Shown: positions 12,364 to 23,891 of the stretch, piece by piece | Numbering within the stretch: position 1 is the stretch's first letter | Layout: each line of letters begins with the position of its first letter | NCBI GenBank assembly: GCA_964016885.1 | Contig: OZ024750.1 | Span: 50,344,001 to 50,408,000, forward strand | Origin: Eledone cirrhosa | Lineage: Eukaryota | Direction of reading: 5' to 3' | DNA length: 64,000 nucleotides | The notes under the pieces: generated by a model | The model's database searches: none | What the model was told of the DNA's origin: nothing | The model's input: only the letters and a program-made list of their open reading frames with translations | Made by a program: the position numbers and the translations under genes

Positions 12364-13657
12364 CTTACTTATTTACAGGTTTATTTGTTTATCTGTTTGT
12401 TGGTTTGTTTGTTAGTTAACTCTTTATTTATTAATTTATGAGTGAATGATTAGGTAATGAATAGATAAAAGATAAAAGATAGGTAACGAATAGTGAATGG
12501 TAAATAGTAAATAATAAATAGTAATTAATTACTTGATGATAATATTAATAACTTAGTAGTGATATTAATTATTTTAATCCTCTATCAGGCCCAGTTTAAA
12601 ATTTAAAATTTGTCCCACTACCATTATATTATAGACACATGTGTGAGTGCGAACGAGTGCGTGTTTGTGCATATGCGTTTATGTGTACTTATTTGTATGT
12701 ATGTATGTGTATGTATGCGTGTGTGCTTGTATATGTGTATGTGTGTGTATGTATATATATATATATATATGAGATTATATATGTATGTGTGTGTGTATGT
12801 GTATATATGTATATATATATGTGTGAATGTATGAGTTTGTGTGAGTGTGTATGTATGTGTATGTATGTGTGTGCATATGTATGTATGTGTATGTATAGTA
12901 TAGTTTATACCGAGAGACATACGTACATGTAGGTGTGTATATATATATATATGTATACATATATATATATATATGTATGTGTATGCGCACGTGTGTATGT
13001 GTAGATATATATATGTGTGTGTATGTGTATGCGTGTGTTTGTATATTTGTGTGTTTGTGTTTTTCTTGTGTATATATGTATATCTGTGTATGTATGTATG
13101 TGTGTGTGTATATGTATGTGTGTGAATGTGTAGATGTGCACATATATATATATATAAGTATATATATGTCTGTGTAAGTGTTTTTGTATGTGGTTGTGAA
13201 TATGTAAATATATTTTATTCTTTCCATTCTACAAAAACACTCTGGCCACCTGTGGCTTGTATGTTAACTTGACCACTCACCCCAGTCTGTGCCATGATTC
13301 GGTCTTGTTTAATGTTTAATTTCTATTACCAACCCACCTAAAACATTTCCCTACTATATATCTGTTGAATTACTATTCTTGGGGTTTTTATTTATTTATT
13401 TTTTAAATTTATTTTTTTATTCATTTTATTTATTTATTTATTCATTTATCTATTTATTCATTTATTTATTTATTTACTTATTTATTTATTTCAAAAAAGC
13501 ACTCTGGCTAATTGACCACTCCCCAAAGAAAAAACGGCTTGTGCCATGAAGTGGTCCTGTGTATCTAAATACCCCCCCCCCCAACCCCCAAACCCATCCA
13601 CCACCCCTCCCTTACCACTACCTAAATGTATAAATACCAGAACTTAATATGACACCC

Positions 13658-13708
13658 AGCTTCCTGAAGATTTCATCTGAATGAAACAGTACTAGTCCTG
13701 TAGAAGCT
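13658..13708 (+). ncRNA. Type I hammerhead ribozyme in PLE 3' pLTR
   Basis: AGCTTC-CTGAAGA-tTTCAtcTGAAt-GAA-ACAG-tactagtc-CTGT-A-GAAGCT, predicted cleavage after GUA (13702). Confidence 0.87.
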
Positions 13709-13795
13709 CCTTTTATCAAATAAAAAAATGTTACTCTACCATGTATTGAGTACCTTACTTACTGTGGTTATCCCCGACTCAACCCGGGACCTACG

Positions 13796-13918
<123 letters not shown>

Positions 13919-13959
13919 CAAATAGTCTATCGCTCTACATGGGTGAATACAATAAATCT

Positions 13960-14073
13960 AATTGCTTCTACTTTAGGCACAAGGCCAGCAATCACCCAGT
14001 GCATTACTGGTACTTTATTTTATCGACCCCGTAATGATGAAAGGCAAAGTCAACCTCGGCGGGATTTGAACTC
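13960..14073 (-). mobile_element. SINE 3' half
   Basis: Reverse complement of about 14277-14390. Confidence 0.85.
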
Positions 14074-14204
14074 ATGTGAATACAATAAATATAATGCACA
14101 CAAGAGCAAGAATAGCGACGTCAATCTATTGACAGGACTTTAAAGAGGCTGCTTCTATGATTGCAAACGAATCGGATATTATTATTAATATTCGGTGGAA
14201 AAAA

Positions 14205-14397
14205 GGCGGTGGATTGGCAGTATCGGTAGAGGGTCGGACGCCATGCATTCCAGCATAGTTTGTCCCTTTACGATCTGAGTTCAAATCCCGCCGAGGTTGA
14301 CTTTGCCTTTCATCCTTACGGGGTCGATAAAATAAAGTACCAGTAATGCACTGGGTAATTGCTGGCCTTGTGCCTAAAGTAGAAACAATTATTATTA
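14205..14397 (+). mobile_element. Full-length tRNA-derived SINE
   Basis: Pol III A-box TGGCAGTATCGG and B-box GAGTTCAAATCC with an (ATT)n tail. More than ten copies occur in the window. Confidence 0.9.
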
Positions 14398-14421
14398 ATA
14401 TTTGAAAAAAAAGATTGAATT

Positions 14422-14497
<76 letters not shown>

Positions 14498-14544
14498 ATA
14501 GAGAAAGAGATAGAAGTATTTCCACAACTGTTAATTCACCATTT

Positions 14545-14586
14545 CCGAGAACAATGTGTTTCATATAAGACGGATCATCAGCTCGG
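14545..14586 (-). ncRNA. Minimal type I hammerhead ribozyme
   Basis: Minus strand CCGAG-CTGATGA-...-GAAAC-ACATT-GTT-CTCGG. Stem II is weak. Confidence 0.65.
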
Positions 14587-14779
14587 TTCTTCTTTATATA
14601 TTGATGTTGGCGTTAAGAATAGATTGTGAAACTGATTCTGAGAACCCGCTATTAGTTAACGACGCGGTGTAATAGGGGGCAACTCTGTGAAAGCGGGCTT
14701 TATTAGAAGGGATGTTAGAGATTTTAGTGCCGATACTTTTCACGAAGTTTTTGAAGACTAGGTGGGTGGCGTTATCTAA

Positions 14780-15870
14780 TAGCGGCTTCTCAGAATCAAC
14801 TACTTACTCCCCTACTAACGTAAATATCAATAGAAAAAGAAGTTGTGCAAATGGAAAAAATAATGTGTTTCCCTCCAGTCTCCACGCTTCTCACTCAACG
14901 TTAAAATTAATATATGTAAAAGATGTTTAGCTCTGCTAGATAGGCACTTCCCCATAAGTCATAAATACCACTCCATCTTTAATAGACACAGGGTGAAACT
15001 TGGCTACTCCTGTGATAATAATATGAAGACCCACATTACCAACAACTCTAAGAGAAAAAACCCACCAGGATGATCTTACCAAAGGTCTGAACTTGTCTCC
15101 TTCAACAACAGTGCAGCATGCCCGCTGTAATTTATGAAGCTGTAGTTCCTTCTAACCGACAAAATCAGCACAAGAGGTCAAATGATATAGAGGTATGGCG
15201 AAGGGCCGGTTTAAAGAACGCTTCTTGAATCATCTGTGGACATTCAGACACCAGGACAAACGATCGTCCACGAAGCTCGCAAGCCACATATGGCCTCTCA
15301 AGTCGTAGGCGCGAATTACTCTCTCCAATGGAAAGTTATTACTAAATCTAAGCCATGAGGAAGTGGAAATCTTGTGGGCGGTGCATTGAAAAAAGAATTA
15401 ATATGAGGAATTGCTTAATAGTGCTTGTCTAAATTCAAGATCTGAGTTCTAATCACGCTGTCCTGACGTTTCGAAACATCTATTACGTATGTTTAAAGCC
15501 CTTGTCTGACTACTGGACCGCTTATTGCTTTAACCTTGCCACAACCTCCTTTGGTATGATCTGGACAGATATTTCAAAGATGACATTTATATAATTAGAT
15601 TCATAAACCGGAGTACTGAGTTTTTTAATTCTTTATTTCACTGCTTTCCGTTTTTAAGAACTCTTTTCTTCGATGTTTAATGACATGCTGTGTTTTGTTT
15701 TATGAGTCTGACCAGTATTATAATGTCCCCTTTTGCTTGTTTGTATTTGACAGATTACAACAACATCTATGCTCCTGAAGATATGTAGAACCTCGGACCG
15801 ACTCCCTGAGTATATCTATTGAGGCACAGTCCGAACTCTTGCATTGAAACATTCGTAGAATGAAATGATG
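14780..15870 (+). mobile_element. Decayed PLE 3' portion (linker, GIY-YIG, 3' UTR, HHR-like motif at 15770-15862)
   Basis: Frameshifted similarity to 11300-11960 (RHFP..HKY, CLLQQQC..AVIYEA, RFKERF, KLASHIW). CTGAAGA lies at 15775 and GAAAC-ATTC-GTA at 15846. Confidence 0.75.
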
Positions 15871-15919
15871 TAAATATTAACTGCTTATTCATTGTTATTT
15901 TATATATATATATATATAA

Positions 15920-16032
<113 letters not shown>

Positions 16033-16206
16033 ATACATTAACAGAGAAAGCTTTAAGCAATACTCCGACCGGCTTCCGTCTCACTCAACAAACATTAGGA
16101 TATACCTTAGTATAATCCCAATTATACGTTTGGGGTGCTAACTATATGTATTTTGCGGATAGCCAGTTGTATTATTTTATATGAGACATAATTAAAATAC
16201 ATCTCT

Positions 16207-16304
<98 letters not shown>

Positions 16305-16675
16305 ATCAGTACAGGATAGCTAGATATTGCACCACTGCACCTATGATTGCGTAAGCATCTGATGAAATCACATAAATAACGATGTAGCAAAAATATATAT
16401 CACACAATAAACAATTATGGTGAAATAATCCCGTCTTAACTACTCTTTTTTGATAAATAAATACTCTGTCACTCATAATCACCTACCTGGGATAATCTAG
16501 TGACATGAAGTGCTTCTGGATTGCTCAGACAGGCTCATCCTCAAGATGTTACAACATAACAATTGCTTATGAGCAACATACTTCTACAACTATATATATA
16601 TATGTATGTGCGCGGGCGCGTGTGTGTGCATGGGTGTGAGCGCGTGCGTGTGGGGGTGGGGTCTGTGTGAGTGTG

Positions 16676-16818
16676 TATTTATTAAAATAACAGATTAAAG
16701 TTTAAGCAAAGAATCGCTGCTTTCACCCTTAACGGGATCTTCTGAGTTTCATAAGATCCCGTTAAGTGTGAAAGCAGCGATTCTTTGCTTAAACTTTAAT
16801 CTGTTATTTTAATAAATA
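16676..16818. repeat. Fold-back palindrome made of two head-to-head CAGAAGA-family HHR ends
   Basis: Arms of about 65 bp are near-perfect reverse complements, and the sequence equals 7356-7425. Confidence 0.88.
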
Positions 16819-16852
16819 TTTGCTCTACGGTTTTTATATATATTTATATATA

Positions 16853-17720
16853 CTAGGTGTGTCAGAAAAGTTCCAGGATTGATGTCACAAAAGATTTATT
16901 TCAAATCCGATCTTCACACTAAGAGTGTTCTCCTTCAAAATAATCCCCTTGGAGTCTAATGCACTTTTCCATCCTTTTCTGCCACGCTTGCATGCACTCC
17001 TGGAAGGATTATTTCGGGATCCTCCGCAGTTCCGTCGTCACGGCCTTTTTGATGTCGTCCACGTCTTCAAAACGGGTCTCCTCCGGGTCGTACTCGAAGA
17101 TCCATGACTCATCACCGGTGATGACTGTCCCTAGCAAGTCTGGTTCGGTTTCAAGACGCTCGAGGATGTCCTGGCACACTTGCATGCGTCGACCCTTCTG
17201 GTCATCGTTCAGAAGCTTTGGCACCATCTTCGCGCAGACTTTCCGCATGTCCAAATCTTCAGTGAGAATCTTCCAGATGCCGTCCCGATTCTTGCCCAGC
17301 TCATTTGCCATCAGTCGAACAGTCAGCAGACGATCGCTACGCACCATCTGCCTGACTCGCTCAACGTTGACCCAGTCCTGGTTGTTGAGGGCCTTCCGAT
17401 CTTGGGATCATCTTCCACGTCCTCCCGTCCTTCTTTAAACCTCTTGCACCACTCAAACAGACGTCAGCCTGACATCAATCCAAGTGCTTCTGAAGGAGTT
17501 TTCAAGTTTGTTCGTTGCTCTGTGCTCATTGCTTCACGACCTGAAACAGAGGACATGTATATGAAATTATGAAGAAAAAAGTTTGATCGCTGCAGAGAGC
17601 TAAGATTACAGTTACATACTCCAGGGGGATTACTTTCAATGAGAAACCTCTTAGTTTGAAGTTTGGGTTTTAAATAAATCTTTTGTGACATCAGTTCTGG
17701 AAGTTTTCTGACACACCTCG
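16853..17720 (-). mobile_element. Tc1/mariner element, internally deleted
   Basis: TIRs of about 49 bp (CTAGGTGTGTCAGAAAAGTTCCAG / CTGGAAGTTTTCTGACACACCTCG) with TA on both sides. The transposase fragment LDMRKVCAKMVPKLL...VITGDESWIFEYDPE is fused directly to RFEDVDDIK. Confidence 0.93.
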
Positions 17721-17796
17721 TATATTATCCTTATCGAGCCCTCTTCGGATTTTAGTTTTCACATTTATTATTATTACTATATATATATATATATAT

Positions 17797-17872
<76 letters not shown>

Positions 17873-17892
17873 GGGTAGAACACTGGTAACCC

Positions 17893-18660
17893 AACAGTTA
17901 GTCCACCATAACGAGAACAATTGTTTCACCTTAAGCGGATCTTCAACTCGGACTGTTAATGGTTATAGGGAACAGGAAGAAAAACCGTATGAACGCGCAT
18001 GCGCAGAAACGGTCACTTCACCCAGGCGATACAAAACCACGGGCGAAAGGTGTACGGTAGTTTATGAAGCTGTGTTCACTTCCAACCGACCAAATCAACC
18101 ATAGGTGGTCAAATGCTATGTTGCTATGGCGGAGGGCCGATTTAAGGAACGCTTCCTCAACTATCAGTCGACCTTTAGGTACCCGGACAAACGATCATCC
18201 ACGTGGCTCGCGAGCCACGTATGGTCCCTTAAGGATACAAGCTTAGATTACTCCATCCAATGGAAAGCTATTACTAAGTAGAAGTCTTGTAGATTGTGTA
18301 TTGAAGAAAGGATAAATATTCTAAGGAGATTACGCAATAGCGGTTGCTTAAATATAAGAAATGAAATCTTCTCACGTTGTCCACATGTCTGGAAACACTT
18401 CTTGCATAACTACAAAGCTCCAAATTGAAGAACAACAACATTCTAATTTTCTAATCAACTCGAGCATATTATTCCGTACACTCGCAGTTATCTCCCTCAC
18501 ACCTTTCGCCCGTGGTTTTGTATCACCTGAGTGAAGTTACCGTTTCTGCGAATGCGCGTTCATACGGTTGTTCTTCCTGTTCCGTATAACCACTACCAGT
18601 CCGAGCTGGAGGTCCGCTTCAGTTGAAACAATTGTTCTCGGTATGTTGAACTAACTGTTG
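17893..18660 (+). mobile_element. Short PLE: GIY-YIG fragment between inverted pLTR arms of about 165 bp, each with a degenerate HHR (17912-17950 minus, 18601-18641 plus)
   Basis: VVYEAVF..CYVAMAEGRFKERF..WLASHVWSLK..IFSRCPHV. 17893-18057 is the reverse complement of about 18500-18660, and both arms carry GAAACAATTGTTCTCG. Confidence 0.87.
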
Positions 18661-18674
18661 TGTTACTAATTTTC

Positions 18675-18774
<100 letters not shown>

Positions 18775-19522
18775 TGTGTGGGTGTGTGTGCGTGTGTATA
18801 AATATACAGACAGAGAGAGAGATTAAGACACAGAACAAGAACACGAACTGGGTAATTGCTGGCCTTGTGCCAATTGTAGAAACAATTATTGAACCAAAAC
18901 CCAAGTGTTCAATTAGAGAACGGTTTTGGTGGAAGTATTTATTTCTGAAATAATCTTTCTCCCTTTTACAGTTTCGAAATTTGAGTGATACTGTTCACTA
19001 GTCGCACGACTTGTTGCCTGCTAACCTAGTTCCTGTATTTTCTGTGTATTTGTCTAATCGAGTTTGATGTTTTGTTCCACATTCAAGGAAAACACATTTC
19101 GCAGCAATTTATTCTGAATACTTAAACGTGTAAGACAACAAATCAAAGAAATAACAACGATTTATGAGAATTGTGAAGTGAGGCATTTCTTACAGATTCA
19201 CATTTATTATAAATCATATATAAATATTCTTAACCCAAACAACTCACATCTCTCTAGGTTGTTCCATATTTCAAAACAGAAACGGTACAACATTGTTTAT
19301 ATAAATAAGCGGTAATGCAGTATTGCTTTAATACTGTTTTAATAATATACTTGATCTCCAAACCCATGTAGTATTACTAATATTACCGCAAATATTGAAC
19401 ACCAAGAAATCAATGCGTATTGGAAATACATCTACAAACTTAAATTCAATCATTGTTAAGAAGACGAGAACGAATTCCTGTCTTGTATATACGAATGTAA
19501 TATGAGTATGAATGTATATATA

Positions 19523-19579
<57 letters not shown>

Positions 19580-19714
19580 TATATATGTGTGTGTGTGTGT
19601 ATGCGTAGGTGTGTGTGTGTGTGGGTGTGTGTGTAGCGAGAGAAAGCGTGACCAGGAAGACAGCTAATTGCTTGTGTACATGTGTGACATGTGTGTTGTG
19701 GCATGGTGTGTATC

Positions 19715-19752
<38 letters not shown>

Positions 19753-20821
19753 TATGTATATATATATATATATGGATGTGTGTGTGTGTGTGTATGTGTG
19801 TGTGTGTGCGTGTGTGTGTAATGTGTGCGTGCGTGTGTCTATGTCTTTATGTGTTTATGTGACCACACACGTGAGTGCATGTGTGCGTGATATTATGAAT
19901 AAGTCACATAATGGTAGGCGGTATCTTTAACATTTCTGTCCCCAAACAAGATAAGAGGATCGTTAAGAATGTCATTGAATTTAGACTTCTGAAGATCAAC
20001 CTTTGTTCAAAGGAATATTTCCAACTCAGTTATATCACGATTGTGTATTTGAGGGTTTTGTTGAAGTTATCTTCTTTCATGTTCATCACTTCTGACCTAT
20101 GAATGTCACTGTATTAAGAACTCTCGAAAAAGCTTAATCTATTCCTTACTTTTTCAACTATACATTCCTCTGTAAAATATTCAATAATATTTTACCGGTG
20201 AAATCCAGTGGACTGAGGTCATGCTGGAGCAATTTCTATAATTGTTCTTCCTTGGTTAGTTATATATTATGGAGTAAGTTTGACACCACCACCCTCATTT
20301 GTGTTTTTAGGCGTATGTACGATCATCTGGGACCGCTAGGCGGCACAGTGTGGAGATGCTTATTGTAAACATCTACATTCATGGGGACGAGGCATATATT
20401 ATTTAATATAAATCAAATGCAGAAGAGAGCTGTATACTCGACAATATAACCCCCTATCAATTACCTTACATATATTTATTGTATCGTCTATGAGAGGATC
20501 GAAGTTGAAAGATACTTCAGTGGGATTTGAACTCACAACGTAAGTGTATAACTTCAAATGATCTAATGGTTCGACTAATGCATCACTCTTTACTTCTATA
20601 AACAAGATCTAATGTCACTGCAAGCTCGTAATCTGTTCCAAAAGTACGGCACGGGTTATAGGTGTTGTCTTGCTCGATTTACATTAACTTAGCAACATTA
20701 CATGGAGACCCACAATATATATATACGTATATATACATACATATATGTATATATGTATATATATATATCTTTCCATCACTCCTCCACACACCCTCGGAAC
20801 TCTCTCCTACCCAACTTACTC

Positions 20822-20852
20822 CTGATGAAGGGCTTATGCCCGAAACGTGGTC
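20822..20852 (+). ncRNA. Hammerhead core motif, stem I not evident
   Basis: CTGATGA-aGGGCttatGCCC-GAAAC-GTG-GTC. Confidence 0.5.
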
Positions 20853-20877
20853 CCCACTCTCAAGCGTGAAACAAATA

Positions 20878-21066
20878 ATTATTGTTTCTACTTTAGGCAC
20901 AAGGCCAGCAATCCACCAGTGCATTACTGGTACTTTATTTTATCGACCCCGTAAGGATGAAAGGCAAAGTCAACCTCGACGGGATTTGAACTCAGATCGT
21001 AAAGGGATGTAACTATGCTGAAAAGCTTGGCGTCCGACCCTCTACCGATACTGCCAATCCACCGCC
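20878..21066 (-). mobile_element. Full-length tRNA-derived SINE
   Basis: Reverse complement of 14205-14397. Confidence 0.9.
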
Positions 21067-21136
21067 CCTGCGTGAAACAAATAATAATATCATTTGTACT
21101 GCCCCTTCGTTTTTCTGTTGGTTGTTCTTTGTTTAC

Positions 21137-21213
<77 letters not shown>

Positions 21214-21662
21214 TCACGCACACACGCACACACACATGTATATATATATATGCACAATTTCTTTTGTTTGTTAGTGACTGTGAAATTCTAAATGTAGAAT
21301 ATTTAGACCTCTAAATTCTTGTGATTTCATACATACACACAAACATGCAGACATACACACCCGTGCATGCATACATACACACATACATGCAGAAATACAC
21401 ACCTATACATACATACAAACATACATACAGTTTGCATCTAATAATTGCATATACACATGTACAGATACTAAGCATACATACACGTCAAAACATACACATC
21501 CATATCTACACATCCATGCAGAAATACATACATATCTACTTAGTTGATGTTGTGTAAATTCCAAAGAGAGAATCTTGTGTCTATGTTAGAAACCGACTTT
21601 CTCTCTATTATTGGCAAAAATTTGAGAAAATATAAAACCAGAAGAACATACATATATACATG

Positions 21663-21693
<31 letters not shown>

Positions 21694-21719
21694 TCATACA
21701 TACATACAGACATACATCT

Positions 21720-22550
21720 ACTAACCACCAAGAACAGATCTCCATCTATAAAACAAGTCCATCTACATGAGGCAGATATAACATCATGGGATTTAGGAAG
21801 AAGCGTCTTTAGAAATACTCACAGCACGATAACCAAAGATTCACATCTAAGGAAATTTCACAGAAATACCGCAATGAATTCATGGATGAAACGTTGCCGG
21901 CTTATCGTCAAAACATCATGTTGGGAGAAAGCTCCAAAGTGAGAGTAATATAGATAAGAAAAGTAGTTTACCTAGAACAAACAATTGGTACATTACCGTA
22001 TTAGACAAGGGTGCAGATGTTTAGATGTGACATGGAATAAATATCAAGGACATCCTCCATATCGTAAGCAGCTGACTACAGCTTACGATACAGTTAATCT
22101 CCTGTGGCCTTGAGTAGACAAAAAATGTAATCCATAGAAAGGGAATAAAATAGAAATGTTTACAGCGATGTGGGGGCCGTACACATGAAAGAGTACTGGT
22201 GGATTGTTCCAGTTAAAAGCCTAATATAATTAAAACATGGAGACATAATTATATGACACAGAAAAAAGTAGGCATGCACAGCGGTGGAAATCAGCTGCTC
22301 AGTAAATGTTAATTAAACGGGAACGCTTATATCGAAGTAATGAGGAATTTGCAGATACTCCATCATGACTGTAAATTTAGATTTGTACCTTTTATCATTG
22401 GGAAACTTGGATATGTTACTAACTGCCTCAGTACTAATCTTGAGAAGCTGGGTTTAATAGAACCAGAAAGAGGGCGACAAGTTCTGAGGTAACAAGGACA
22501 GCGAATTAAGGGAACTGTATAAATATTTACTGCATAGCATTTAATAACTC
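21720..22550 (+). mobile_element. Highly decayed RLE-type non-LTR retrotransposon C-terminus (R4/NeSL-like)
   Basis: Broken frames give CR...KDILHIVSS (CCHC knuckle remnant) and FVPFIIGKLGYVTNCLSTNLEKLGL, a typical RLE tail motif. Confidence 0.6.
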
Positions 22551-22889
22551 AAAACAAACTGACTGCTCATACAATAATATATATACCTGCACGTACACAC
22601 ATGTACACATGCATACATATGATGGCTGCAAACTCTGCTAAGAGTATTGCAATCGCTTGTCAGATTATAGAGTTTAGTGCACTTTTAGGCTACCGCCAGC
22701 CACACGTACCTCTATCATATCTCGAGCAAGCAATACCTGTGCTTTGAAGCTTTTTTAAGTGGTGAAGGGCCTTACACTCGACCAATCCCACTCTCTGAGC
22801 ATCGAAAACACAACCCGAAAAGGAGAACCGGTCAACCTCATACATACATACATAACATACATACATACATACATACATACATACATACA

Positions 22890-23495
22890 TGGTGGCTGCC
22901 AACTCGTTTTCGAGTACGGCCACTACTTTATATCCATGTAGGAGAACCCCTACCAATGCGCTGAACGAGTGTGACATTTTAGTCCAGCCAGCGACTTAAA
23001 AACGCTGGTACAAACACTACACTTGTGACAATTATTGACACATAGTGCTGGGCCCATGGTACCATGTGACGACAAGTGCAGAGAGATCTCCAAATATAAA
23101 GCAATGCCTGTGCCGTTAAGCTTTTATAGTGAGCAAAGGCACTGCACAAAGCCAGTCCCACACTCTTAACCAAGATGATATTTACCAAAAAGAAGAACAA
23201 GTTAACATCATTGGATACCATCAGGGTTGCAGGTGTTATATCATAGTTTTCCTTCTCCTAGAATTCTGCCTTGACAAAGGCTAAGGGGTCATCTCTCCCG
23301 GTGATTTTGGATGGCTATTGATTCTTAAGAGCCCCTTTGGCTTTTGACAGGTTTTGTTTTTAGTCCTGCAGGATGTCCAAAGTCACCCTCCTCACCAAGA
23401 ACCCTTGGTGGGGTTGCCAGTTTAGTCGCCAACGACCCGACCATAGGACAGGTTGTACTGGGATACATGTTACCAGTAGCCCCAACTGGTGACCT
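22890..23495 (-). mobile_element. Second copy of the short RTE-like non-autonomous element
   Basis: Colinear with 9797-10402 with the same ends, here inserted in (CATA)n. Confidence 0.8.
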
Positions 23496-23650
23496 TTGTA
23501 TACATACATACGTACATACATACATACTTATATGTATACATGCATATATGACAATGGCTGCGATTTAGAAAAAGATTATGAATATACATTATACACAAAC
23601 ACAGATATATTTCTAAATATACGTATGTCTATATATATATATGTAAACTC

Positions 23651-23738
23651 TCATATCTGATGAAGTGTCGAATAAGACTCGGGATGCGATCTCATGGTCA
23701 AACCCGAGCTGATCGATATAGAAACAATTGTAATATGA
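23651..23738 (+). ncRNA. Type I hammerhead ribozyme with extended stem II
   Basis: TCATAT-CTGATGA-aGTGTCGA..CTCGGG..CCCGAG..TCGATATa-GAAAC-AATT-GTA-ATATGA. Confidence 0.85.
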
Positions 23739-23787
23739 AATAAAGTTTTACAAAAAGTTGCTGTTCTTATTGTCCCTCTCTCCCTCC

Positions 23788-23842
<55 letters not shown>

Positions 23843-23852
23843 GTTATCCTTT

Positions 23853-23891
<39 letters not shown>

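Larger units (their letters stand above)
8699..13795 (+). mobile_element. Penelope-like element, 5'-truncated, with a long inverted copy of its 3' pseudo-LTR upstream
   Basis: The RT-GIY-YIG coding region lies at 10735-11965. 8699-10728 (minus the insert 9797-10402) is the reverse complement of 12457-13716. Each arm has an HHR, and the flanks are (TA)n. Confidence 0.92.

Noticed and set aside
14205-14295. tRNA gene
   Set aside because: A and B boxes are present but no cloverleaf, and it is the head of a multi-copy SINE
16359-16385. CTGATGA as a hammerhead core (similarly 25499, 38728 and 51044)
   Set aside because: No pairing stem II/III with a properly placed GAAA..UH
20196-20235. Possible 40-nt minus-strand exon (AG...GTAAAA)
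   Set aside because: Weak polypyrimidine tract and no recognisable peptide or partner exons
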